NCBI GenBank assembly: GCA_002411005.1
Contig: DHQC01000015.1
Location: 345-64,344 of the forward strand
DNA: 64,000 nucleotides
Source of the DNA: Bacillales bacterium UBA5348
GTDB taxonomy: Bacteria > Bacillota_I > Bacilli_A > RF39 > UBA660
Reading direction: 5' to 3'
This document shows positions 10,864-19,097 of this stretch, one piece after another. Position 1 is the first letter of the stretch; every line of letters starts with the position of its first letter. The translations under genes were made by a program, and so were the position numbers. Under the pieces are notes generated by a model, which was not told the origin of the DNA, ran no database searches, and worked only from the letters and a program-made list of their open reading frames with translations.

Positions 10864-11127
10864 ATTGTTTTTAAATTTATCGGTTATAAATATATTTCTA
10901 TTACCATCAACATTTCTAGTTATAATTAAATCCTCTTTTTTTAAAGATGAAATAGTCGAGGAAATTGTTCTTGTACTAAATCCTAATTTATTTGAAAAAT
11001 ATTCATTAGAGGCAAAACAAACTCCTGACATTTTAGATAATGAGTAAATCATTCCCATCATTAGTCTTGCTGTAGCATTTAGTTTTTTATAGGATAAAAT
11101 ATAATCTGGTACATTTGCGTATTTCAT
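10852..11127 (-). CDS. winged-HTH protein, phage replication-initiator N-terminal type
   Basis: CFASNEYFSNKLGFSTRTISSTISSLKKEDLI (HTH_36-like). Confidence 0.7.
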   Translation of the reverse strand: MKYANVPDYILSYKKLNATARLMMGMIYSLSKMSGVCFASNEYFSNKLGFSTRTISSTISSLKKEDLIITRNVDGNRNIFITDKFKNNVEE

Positions 11128-11268
11128 TATATCTCCATATACTTTAATGCTTAACACTTTTCTTTGTGTAATTTATCCTATTATATTAGGATAGGTACTA
11201 ACATAAGCCTTTCATCTTACTGTGCCTCTTATAACTAACGTCTGCAAACATTTAGTTAAGTTTATAAT

Positions 11269-11514
11269 TTATACAATTCTTATAGTATACATTCCATTAT
11301 CATATTCTTCATATATTAGGTACTTTAATTGTTCTAATATATTTAGATTATTTTGTAAACCTTTGTTTTTGATTTTAATCACATGTTGTAATTCACCTAC
11401 ATTTATATCTACAATATATTTATCTATTCCTTTGGAATATATATATTCATAAATATATTTAGCTTCTTTTGGAATTTTTTTATCTTTCCAAATATTCTTG
11501 TTCTGATGTATCAT
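11269..11514 (-). CDS. small winged-HTH-like hypothetical protein
   Basis: IWKDKKIPKEAKYIY...LNILEQLKYL with RBS AAAGGAGG. Confidence 0.55.
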   Translation of the reverse strand: MIHQNKNIWKDKKIPKEAKYIYEYIYSKGIDKYIVDINVGELQHVIKIKNKGLQNNLNILEQLKYLIYEEYDNGMYTIRIV

Positions 11515-11561
11515 TTAATGCCTCCTTTTCCAATATTATTTATTTTATATTAAAGTGTTTC

Positions 11562-11665
11562 CTTTTTTACACATTTAATATATCATAGTAATTATTACGC
11601 TGTCAACTACTTTTTTACTCATTTGTATATTTATTGTTGACTTTTTTACCCATATAGTATATTAT
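11562..11665. promoter_or_regulatory. divergent promoters with three CTTTTTTAC repeats
   Basis: Minus strand TTGACA-18-TATATT. Plus strand TTGACT-17-TATTAT. CTTTTTTAC at about 11562, 11610 and 11641. Confidence 0.5.
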
Positions 11666-11686
11666 TAAATTGTGAGGTGAAATAAT

Positions 11687-12190
11687 ATGCCAGAAAAAAG
11701 TATTGGAGAAATCATTGCTGATGCTAGAGAAAAAAAAGGATTATCTCAAAGACAACTTGCAAAATTAGCAAACGTCAATAACTCTGAGCTTTCAAAAATA
11801 GAGGCGGGAATAAGAAAAGAACCTAGTCCTAAAATACTTCGTAAGATAAGTTCTATTATAAATGTTAATTATAGTGAATTAATGTATAGTATTGGATTAG
11901 GATTAGAAGTTACTCCTCTTAACTATTTTATTAAAAGTCATTATTCAAATTTGAATGCTGACGAACTAGAAACTGCTGAAATAAATGTATTAGGTAGTAT
12001 AGAAAATTCCGAAAAATTGGTAGAGTCGTGTAAAAAGCAATTGGATAATGATAGTTTATTGGAAACTCAAAAAGAAATATTAATACACACAATCGAAGAT
12101 AATACATATCAAATTGAATCATCAAAACAAATTATTAAACTAATTCAAAGTTTGAAAGTAAAGGAGAGAAATAGAAATGCAAAAAAGTAA
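11687..12190 (+). CDS. XRE-family transcriptional regulator (likely element repressor)
   Basis: AREKKGLSQRQLAKLANVNNSELSKIEAG HTH. Confidence 0.9.
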   Translation: MPEKSIGEIIADAREKKGLSQRQLAKLANVNNSELSKIEAGIRKEPSPKILRKISSIINVNYSELMYSIGLGLEVTPLNYFIKSHYSNLNADELETAEINVLGSIENSEKLVESCKKQLDNDSLLETQKEILIHTIEDNTYQIESSKQIIKLIQSLKVKERNRNAKK

Positions 12191-12602
12191 TATTTTGAAA
12201 AAATTATTAATAGTAGCAAATATTTTAATTACTATATGTTTAATTTTGGTTTTAACTTTAAAAACCAAAATTACTTATTCATTATATTGGACTATCACAC
12301 CATTTTTAATTTTGTTAATTATTTTATTTATAAGAGAAGTAGATAAGGGAACAATTGATACTGACATTAATAAATCAAAAACAATTAAAAGCTCTTATAA
12401 TGATTCATCAACAATAGCAACTGTCTTTTATGCACTTATATATTTATTAATTGAATTTTTTGATATATTAAATAATAATTTAAGAAATAATACCTATTTA
12501 ATAATTGGATTCTTTATTATAACAATGATTTACGAATTGTTTATTTGTTTATCTATATATAATGCTAAAAAAGAAACAGAAAAATTATTATCAAATAAAT
12601 AA
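12177..12602 (+). CDS. hypothetical membrane protein (4 TM)
   Basis: Four hydrophobic segments. Overlaps the XRE stop. Confidence 0.65.
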   Translation: MQKSNILKKLLIVANILITICLILVLTLKTKITYSLYWTITPFLILLIILFIREVDKGTIDTDINKSKTIKSSYNDSSTIATVFYALIYLLIEFFDILNNNLRNNTYLIIGFFIITMIYELFICLSIYNAKKETEKLLSNK

Positions 12603-12828
12603 TTCTTATTTTTGCAAAGCAAAAGAAAAATAACCTTTTTACCTTTTCATTAGATTAGGTATTAAGGTTATTTTCATTTAAAAAGACGTGGCACGTTCTA
12701 TTCCATAGGAATGGAAGTGGCGATAGTCTTTTTATTTCATTTCAATTGAATTGAAATAAAAAGCAACAATATTACTTACATCAGTTTGTAATATGTTGCT
12801 TAAGGGGTATCAAAAGGGTTCTCCCTTT

Positions 12829-12888
12829 GCACACAATCCTAGTTGGCTTGTCCAACTTGGTAGTGTGTTACTAAAATGTCATTTTAGT
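12829..12888 (+). other. MOBV-type origin of transfer (oriT/RSA)
   Basis: GCACAC...AGTTGG-n5-CCAACT...TAGTGTG/TTA matches the pMV158-family nick context. Predicted nick between 12867 and 12868. Confidence 0.7.
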
Positions 12889-12952
12889 TCATAAAAGTAA
12901 AAATTCGTAAGTTATGTAATTTCTTTCTGATTATTATTTTTTATAGACAATT

Positions 12953-13927
12953 TTATTTTTTTCTGTTTTTTACTTTTTTAATAAGATAATAAATACCATA
13001 TCCAATTCCACCAAGAAAAACAAATGCTAATATAGTTGAAATTGTTTCCTCAACTTTACTATATTTATGAACAGTAATTTCATAATTTTGTTCACTTCCA
13101 TCTTCTGCAATTACTTTAATTTTCAAAAAGTTATCACCAGTTTTTAATTTGTCAATCTTATCAATTTCTGCTGTTGCTTTTTCATCATTCAATTTATAAT
13201 CTATTGTTATTTTTGATGCAGATGAACTAGCATATACAGTTGCTTTATAATCACTAAATTTCACTTCTTCTTCATCAATAATAACTTTAATCCCTACATC
13301 AGAGCTTAATACTAATTCTCTAATAACATTTATATTATAACTCTTTTGCGTTCCATCTTCCGCAGTAACATCTATTACAATTTTATTTTCCCCAAGTTTT
13401 AAATTAGTATTATTTTTTATATCAAAAGTTGCTTTTGTATCGTTAGTAGTTACCTCTATACTTATTTTTTCTTTAGTAGTAGTAAATTTTATATCATCAA
13501 ATTCTTTGAATTCCTTGCCATCAATTATCACTAATTTCAAAGTATTATCATTATTTTTGGTTTCTTCTTTAGCTGGTGTAATGACACTATTATTTGTATT
13601 ATTATCACTTGGAGTATTATTATTTGGAGTATTATTACTTGGAGTATTATTACTTGGAGTATTATTATTTGGAGTATTATTACTTGGAGTATTATTTGTT
13701 TCATTTGAAGCACATGGATCACTGTAAATTGGATTACCAGTTGCATAATAAGTACCATCTCTGGACTCTGCTACATGCCAATGATTATCACTACTATGTT
13801 GCCCATATGTTGCTCCATTACAAGTCTTGATTGATCCCTGTCTCAATCTTCCACTACTAGCACTTACACTTGGGCAACTAAACATAAATAACGCTACTAA
13901 CAATATATAAATTCCTTTTTTTAACAT
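12953..13927 (-). CDS. surface protein: YHYH-like domain, Asn-rich linker, two cadherin-like beta-sandwiches, C-terminal TM
   Basis: Signal peptide, GQHSSDNHWH, (NNTPS)n, LxxGxNxIxIxVxAEDG-like motif twice, TM plus basic tail. Confidence 0.75.
   Translation of the reverse strand: MLKKGIYILLVALFMFSCPSVSASSGRLRQGSIKTCNGATYGQHSSDNHWHVAESRDGTYYATGNPIYSDPCASNETNNTPSNNTPNNNTPSNNTPSNNTPNNNTPSDNNTNNSVITPAKEETKNNDNTLKLVIIDGKEFKEFDDIKFTTTKEKISIEVTTNDTKATFDIKNNTNLKLGENKIVIDVTAEDGTQKSYNINVIRELVLSSDVGIKVIIDEEEVKFSDYKATVYASSSASKITIDYKLNDEKATAEIDKIDKLKTGDNFLKIKVIAEDGSEQNYEITVHKYSKVEETISTILAFVFLGGIGYGIYYLIKKVKNRKK
13610..13696. repeat. 15-bp coding tandem repeat, about 6 copies (NNTPS/N)
   Basis: TGGAGTATTATTA(C/T)T units. 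Confidence 0.9.
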
Positions 13928-13931
13928 AATT

Positions 13932-14129
13932 TTAATCCTCAAACACATTGTTTACTAACTCTTGAATGTGTTTTTTCCTTTCTTCTGTTTCTTCTTTATC
14001 TATTTCTATTTTAACAATATCTCCTTCTTTTGAGTTAGGTACAAGAACCTTTGGAATGCTTACAAAATTTCCAACATCTAGTTCAACAACAGCATATTGT
14101 CCTTCAAATCTATCAATTATTACTTTCAT
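13932..14129 (-). CDS. DUF3006 family protein
   Basis: IIDRFEGQYAVVE...KEGDIV motif. Confidence 0.9.
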   Translation of the reverse strand: MKVIIDRFEGQYAVVELDVGNFVSIPKVLVPNSKEGDIVKIEIDKEETEERKKHIQELVNNVFED

Positions 14130-14142
14130 ATATCCTCCCATA

Positions 14143-15465
14143 CTATCTTGATGAATTTATTTCCAATGAATTTCCATCACTCAACGCAATTATATTCCCA
14201 TTAAAATCAGTTCTATAAACTTTAGCACCTGAAGTTGTCCATCTATCAATAATATTTTGATATGGATGATCATACCTATTACTATTACCAACCATTATTA
14301 TTACATATTTTGCATTTACTTTATTTACAAATGATTGTCCTGATGATGTATCACTCCCATGATGTCCAATTTTAATAACATCTGCTGAAACATCTGACAT
14401 TATTTCATTTTCACTTTTTGTTTCTGCATCACCCATAAATAAAAATTTTCTAGTACCATAATTCATTCTAATAACAGCTGAATAATTATTTAAATTATTA
14501 TAACTTTCACTATTTGGGGCAATTATATCTATCTTTAAATTATCATTATTGATAATAGTAATACCTGCTTTAGCATTTGTAACTTTTAATTCGCTTTGTG
14601 AAATAGTATTTAATAAGTTTTCATAAGTCTTACTAGTAGATATAGCCTTTGGCATATATACATTTCCAATTGTAAAATTATTTAATATATAAGCTAAACC
14701 ACCTATATGATCAGAATGGGGATGAGTACCAATTACGTAATCTATTTTTTTATAGCCTAATTTTTTAATATAATTTGAAACAATTATTCCCTTTGAAGAT
14801 TCTCCAGCATCTATTAGCATTACCATACCATTTGGTAATTCTATAAATATTGAATCACCTTGTCCAACATCTATATAATGAATTTTTAACATATTATTTG
14901 AAATAACTTGATTGGCATTATCAACCGGTGGATTGGATGGTGCTATGCCATCATTATCTTGAAAATTATTTTCCTGATTAGTAGTATCTTCCTTAATCAA
15001 ATTTTCAATCTCATCTTTTATTTCATCTTCTGGAAGTGTTGACTCGTCTTCTATTGGAATAATATCAGGATTTTTTTCTTTATATATTATTTCTGTTTCT
15101 GAAAGTGCATCTATACGTTCCCAGTAATTATTTGAATGACACATGTTTATTAACTTCCCACAGCATAATACTAAAAATGCAATAATAATAAATCCTAAAA
15201 TGTCAGACCATATTTTTTTCCTTTTCAATAACGGAAGATTATCCTTTATATTAAAATTAGAAATAAATAAGATTGGGATTGAAAATGAAAGTGCATTTAG
15301 TATCATAGTAGTTTTATAAATAAACATATCATAAATATTTGCTTTGATTTCAGGAACATCTCTAATTGCAACTATAAGCATAATTATACAAAACAAATAG
15401 TATATACAAGCAATAATTTTTTTCCACAATTTATTAGTTCTAAAACCAACTAATTTACAATTCAT
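14143..15465 (-). CDS. ComEC/Rec2-type metallo-beta-lactamase-fold hydrolase with N-terminal TM helices
   Basis: IDVGQGDS, THPHSDHIGG, NNYSAV, MGDAE, GHHGS, YDHP and YRTD motifs. Confidence 0.9.
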   Translation of the reverse strand: MNCKLVGFRTNKLWKKIIACIYYLFCIIMLIVAIRDVPEIKANIYDMFIYKTTMILNALSFSIPILFISNFNIKDNLPLLKRKKIWSDILGFIIIAFLVLCCGKLINMCHSNNYWERIDALSETEIIYKEKNPDIIPIEDESTLPEDEIKDEIENLIKEDTTNQENNFQDNDGIAPSNPPVDNANQVISNNMLKIHYIDVGQGDSIFIELPNGMVMLIDAGESSKGIIVSNYIKKLGYKKIDYVIGTHPHSDHIGGLAYILNNFTIGNVYMPKAISTSKTYENLLNTISQSELKVTNAKAGITIINNDNLKIDIIAPNSESYNNLNNYSAVIRMNYGTRKFLFMGDAETKSENEIMSDVSADVIKIGHHGSDTSSGQSFVNKVNAKYVIIMVGNSNRYDHPYQNIIDRWTTSGAKVYRTDFNGNIIALSDGNSLEINSSR

Positions 15466-15580
15466 ATTCTCACACCTTAATTTATAATTGCTAACATTAT
15501 ATTTATGCACCAATTATATCATATTTTGTTTTTTTAATAAACATTTCCCTTCAAAAACCATAATACAAAACTAAATAGTC

Positions 15581-15844
15581 TTACTTTTTACATTTAAAAA
15601 TTACGTAGGCAATAATAATTACTTCTATTACTAATAAAATAATTGCTACATCTATTGCCATGCCAGGGCTAATTATTGTTAAGGAGAAATCTTTTGGTAT
15701 ATTTAATAATACACAAAACTCAATAGCCACTTTGTAATTGAATATACTTATTCCAGTAAAACATAAAATAATTAATGTAAAAACAAGTGATTTTACCACA
15801 TATATACAAAAGTCTCTAAACCCTAAGTACACAATATATATCAC
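15581..15844 (-). CDS. small hypothetical membrane protein
   Basis: Hydrophobic 87-aa ORF. Confidence 0.4.
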   Translation of the reverse strand: MIYIVYLGFRDFCIYVVKSLVFTLIILCFTGISIFNYKVAIEFCVLLNIPKDFSLTIISPGMAIDVAIILLVIEVIIIAYVIFKCKK

Positions 15845-15938
15845 CTCTTTGAATCAATTATATCACTTTTTTGGTATATGTTCCATACTTTTGGTATCAA
15901 AACCATTTTAAATGGGAAAATTAAGATGGTGATATAGT

Positions 15939-16364
15939 ATGGTAGATAATAATTTAAAATATGCACGTGAAGAACTTGAAATGACACAAAATGAATTAGG
16001 TTATATATTTGGTGTAAAAAAGGCAACTATATCAAATTGGGAAAATGCGTACGACATAATTCCATTAAATAAACTAATTAAATTTTGTAATCTTTATAAA
16101 TATTCTTTAGACTTTATTGTTGGATTCAATAGAAAGAATATTTCATATCATAAACTTGATAAACCAGATAAAAAGGTAATTGGTAAAAAACTTAAAGATT
16201 TAAGAAATAAATTAAAACTTACTCAACAACAGATTGCAGATGAATGTTCTATATCTCGTGCTACTTATTGTCATTATGAAATAGGAATGAATTTAGTATC
16301 AACATTAACACTATACACAATTTGTAAGAATCACAAAATATCAATGGATTTATTTTTTAGATAA
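15939..16364 (+). CDS. tandem double XRE HTH regulator
   Basis: Two HTH_3 repeats (MTQNELG..ISNWE and LTQQQIA..YCHYE). Confidence 0.88.
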   Translation: MVDNNLKYAREELEMTQNELGYIFGVKKATISNWENAYDIIPLNKLIKFCNLYKYSLDFIVGFNRKNISYHKLDKPDKKVIGKKLKDLRNKLKLTQQQIADECSISRATYCHYEIGMNLVSTLTLYTICKNHKISMDLFFR

Positions 16365-16470
16365 TAAAAAAAGTGAGAATATGCTAATTAAATTACATAT
16401 CTTACTTTTTATTTATTTTATAATATCTAATGAATAATAATATTCATAATATATTAAGTTTTTCATTAAT

Positions 16471-16830
16471 TTATTTATTTATATTTTCATTTTCAAAGTC
16501 TAATTGAAATATATTAAATAGCAATTCAACAGAAATTCTTTTCTTATCATTATAATCAAGTTCCATATTCTTTGCTAATAAAAATATTAAACTTTCATAT
16601 TTAGATAAATTAGTTATCGTATTGATATAATTAGGTTCTAGCATAACTAATACTTTCTTTAATACTTTAATCACACTATCAACATTATAATTAGTTGAAA
16701 AATTTTTATTTTCTAATATATAAATTGCTAATCTAACTTTATCCACATTTTCTAAATTATCAAAATCTTTGATTATATTATATACCTTTAAACTATTATC
16801 TTCTAATAACACATTATCCCTCCAATTCAC
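16471..16830 (-). CDS. hypothetical protein
   Basis: ORF only, with a weak internal repeat (DKVRLAI / DKKRISV). Confidence 0.5.
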   Translation of the reverse strand: MNWRDNVLLEDNSLKVYNIIKDFDNLENVDKVRLAIYILENKNFSTNYNVDSVIKVLKKVLVMLEPNYINTITNLSKYESLIFLLAKNMELDYNDKKRISVELLFNIFQLDFENENINK

Positions 16831-16983
16831 ATTTTAAGGCATTTATGCCTCTTTTTGTTTTAATACTAGTTCATTAAACGTAAGGTTAAGATTGGAATAT
16901 AGCCATAATATGTAGGAATAATCCAATTTTTCCTTGTACTATTTATCACTCTGACAAAAATAAAAGTCAAGTGTTTTTTTCTT

Positions 16984-18255
16984 TTATAAACTTAAATCAA
17001 AATCATCTTTATCTTTATTATTTCTTCTAGATTTATAATAGTCAGGAAGATTAGCATAGTAAAATAATTCATCTTCTTTATCAGTTCGTTTAGCAATATC
17101 ATATATATCATTTGAATTAAAATCTTTATTATCATAATAGCCTTTTACTTGTTCCACAACTTCATCTTTTGTTTCTTCATTTCCTATCTTTAATAATTTT
17201 CTAAAAAATTCTTTGATTATATTTAGGATATTATTTATAAATGTTTTTAATCCATCATTTTCTTCGGTTAGTTCTTTATTTCTATTTTTTAATCTACTTA
17301 TTTCTTTTTCCATACTTTGATTTTCTTTTTCTAATGATTGATGACTTTTTGTAAATGATTGAACTTCATTAAACAAATTATCTACCTTTGGTTGAAATTG
17401 TATTGCTTTCTTTGTTTGATTAATAACATTATTCATAATTTCAAAGGTATCCTTTTCTACAATTACATGTTTCTTATCAAAAGGAATACTTTTATTTGTT
17501 TTTAACTTTTCTTCAAAATCATTCATAGCATTACCTAAATTCTTATTTATAGTATCCACCTTATTTTCATAATATCTAGTTGTTTTTTTGAAATCTCTGA
17601 CACGCTGATGTTTGGCATCACTACCTTTAATTCCCCTTTCTAATTCATACCCCTTTGATGCTAATCTGTTATGATATTTATCCTGTAATTCTGATAAATG
17701 AATTTTATCTCTAATAAATTGTTTTTTAGATATGGTATATCTTTCTGTATTAGTTCTTTTATCTAACTTTTTAACAAGTGGTATTACAACACAATGAACA
17801 TGTGGTGTTAATTCATCTAAATGAACAGTAGCATGTAGTACTTGTTCTTTTTTATAGCCTAAATCTTTATAAACAAATTCCATACATGTATCAGCCCATT
17901 TTTTAATATCATCTTTACTCATATTAGTAAAAAATTCATTTGTTGCTGTAAATAATAATTCATCAGCAACTACATTTTTTGACATATTTAACATTTGATT
18001 AAAAGTTTTTAATCTCTCTTTTCTTTCTGTCTTTTGTTTTTCATCATGTTGCTTTCTATATTCTATAGTTTTATTATAAAAACCCTTAACATATTTATCA
18101 GTTAAGGGTACAAGTTCAATATTATTTTTACTTAATTCTATTTTAATATTTTTATTAGAATTATAAGCTTTCTTTTCTCTTTTGTTATGTGATCCTATCT
18201 GTGCTAAATCATTTAAAGTATAAATAGGTTCACTTCTAAATATTGCATAATTCAT
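16984..18255 (-). CDS. MOBV relaxase (Pre/Mob plasmid recombination enzyme)
   Basis: HNKRE, SKNNIEL, HATVHLDELTPHVH, LQD and LERG motifs plus a C-terminal coiled coil. Confidence 0.93.
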   Translation of the reverse strand: MNYAIFRSEPIYTLNDLAQIGSHNKREKKAYNSNKNIKIELSKNNIELVPLTDKYVKGFYNKTIEYRKQHDEKQKTERKERLKTFNQMLNMSKNVVADELLFTATNEFFTNMSKDDIKKWADTCMEFVYKDLGYKKEQVLHATVHLDELTPHVHCVVIPLVKKLDKRTNTERYTISKKQFIRDKIHLSELQDKYHNRLASKGYELERGIKGSDAKHQRVRDFKKTTRYYENKVDTINKNLGNAMNDFEEKLKTNKSIPFDKKHVIVEKDTFEIMNNVINQTKKAIQFQPKVDNLFNEVQSFTKSHQSLEKENQSMEKEISRLKNRNKELTEENDGLKTFINNILNIIKEFFRKLLKIGNEETKDEVVEQVKGYYDNKDFNSNDIYDIAKRTDKEDELFYYANLPDYYKSRRNNKDKDDFDLSL

Positions 18256-18374
18256 ATATTACCTCCATTTCTAATTATTGCAAAATAAAAACAAATACCT
18301 TTTAATATTTGCTTAAATACTTTATACACTATAATTAATGGATACATCTTAAATAACATTTAATTTTATTTAGT

Positions 18375-18392
18375 ACTTTTTTGTGTCTAGAC
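18375..18392. other. recombination site at the ydcC-5'/element junction
   Basis: Arm ACTTTTTTGTGTCTAG (18375-18390) followed by core AC (18391-18392). Confidence 0.88.
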
Positions 18393-18671
18393 ATAGACAC
18401 CGTCAGTATTTCTCAACAAAATTTGTTCATGACTATTAGCTTTGTTTTTTAAACTAACTCTAAACAAATTATCCTTTTGATAAGATACTTTCACATCATA
18501 TTCATATACATCTTCATTGTTTATTATTTCCATTTGAGCTTCTAAATAATAGCCTTTAATATTTTCAATATTTTTTGTTAAGTCTTTTACAATATCTTTT
18601 TCTGAATACTTACCACATCCAGTAAGTACAAACAAAAAGACAAATAAGCTTAGAAATAGAATTTTTTTCAT
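18387..18671 (-). CDS. ydcC: 5' portion of interrupted sporulation lipoprotein YdcC/SsdC
   Basis: Lipobox LTGC, then Y.V.V.Y......RV.L.N....EQILLRNTDGVYV. Ends at a TAG supplied by the element arm. Confidence 0.88.
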   Translation of the reverse strand: MKKILFLSLFVFLFVLTGCGKYSEKDIVKDLTKNIENIKGYYLEAQMEIINNEDVYEYDVKVSYQKDNLFRVSLKNKANSHEQILLRNTDGVYV

Positions 18672-18701
18672 ACTTTCACCCCACATTTATATTTTCATTT
18701 A

Positions 18702-18730
18702 ATTATATGGGTGAGTTTTTTCTTTTATTC
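18702..18730 (-). promoter_or_regulatory. sigma-E-like promoter of ydcC
   Basis: GAATAAA, 14 bp, CATATAAT. Fits the (T/G)(A/C)ATAxx-14-CATAcaht consensus. Confidence 0.6.
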
Positions 18731-18791
18731 ATGAATAAATTTTTTTTTTTTGGTAAATATATGTAGTAGGAACAAAATGAAGGAGGAAAAC

Positions 18792-19007
18792 ATGAGAGGA
18801 TTACAAATATTTTGCTTAATCTTAACTATTATTGGTGCTATAAACTGGGGATTTGTCGGCTTATTAGATTTTGATTTAGTAGCTTCTGTCTTTGGCGGAG
18901 CTGATTCTAGCCTATCTATGATAATATATAGCATTATTGGTTTAGCTGGAATTATAAATATAGGATTACTATTTGAAATAATCAATGAAACAGATAAAAG
19001 AAAATAA
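18792..19007 (+). CDS. yuzA: DUF378 protein (YuzA-like)
   Basis: LTIIGAINWGFVGL..FDLVA.VFGG.....IIYSIIGLAG with RBS AGGAGG. Confidence 0.9.
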   Translation: MRGLQIFCLILTIIGAINWGFVGLLDFDLVASVFGGADSSLSMIIYSIIGLAGIINIGLLFEIINETDKRK

Positions 19008-19039
19008 TACACTGAAGATTTTTATAAAAAGATATAACT

Positions 19040-19074
19040 AAAAAGCATAGTCACATGTATGGCTATGCTTTTTT
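19040..19074. terminator. bidirectional terminator
   Basis: AAAAGCATAGTCA...TGGCTATGCTTTT between convergent genes. Confidence 0.7.
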
Positions 19075-19097
19075 AGGATTATATAATGTATTAATTT

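Larger units (their letters stand above)
7461..18392 (-). mobile_element. integrative mobilizable element (serine recombinase + MOBV) inserted in ydcC, 10,932 bp
   Basis: Flanked by the two in-frame halves of ydcC. Inverted 16-bp arms match 15/16, with a duplicated 2-bp core. Carries recombinase, relaxase, oriT and XRE regulators. Confidence 0.92.

Noticed and set aside
13506-13830. ORFs with LEYYY, GVLLL and ILQVI repeats, and a possible CRISPR array
   Set aside because: These are alternative-frame shadows of the 15-bp coding repeat, with no spacers. No CRISPR array or cas gene was seen in the window.
7461-18392. Prophage or self-transmissible ICE interpretation
   Set aside because: No terminase, capsid, tail or lysis genes and no VirB4 or coupling protein. 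It fits a mobilizable element.
7461-18392. Intron or intein as the cause of the ydcC split
   Set aside because: No reverse transcriptase/maturase or splice motifs. The insert has genes on both strands and DNA-level att sites.
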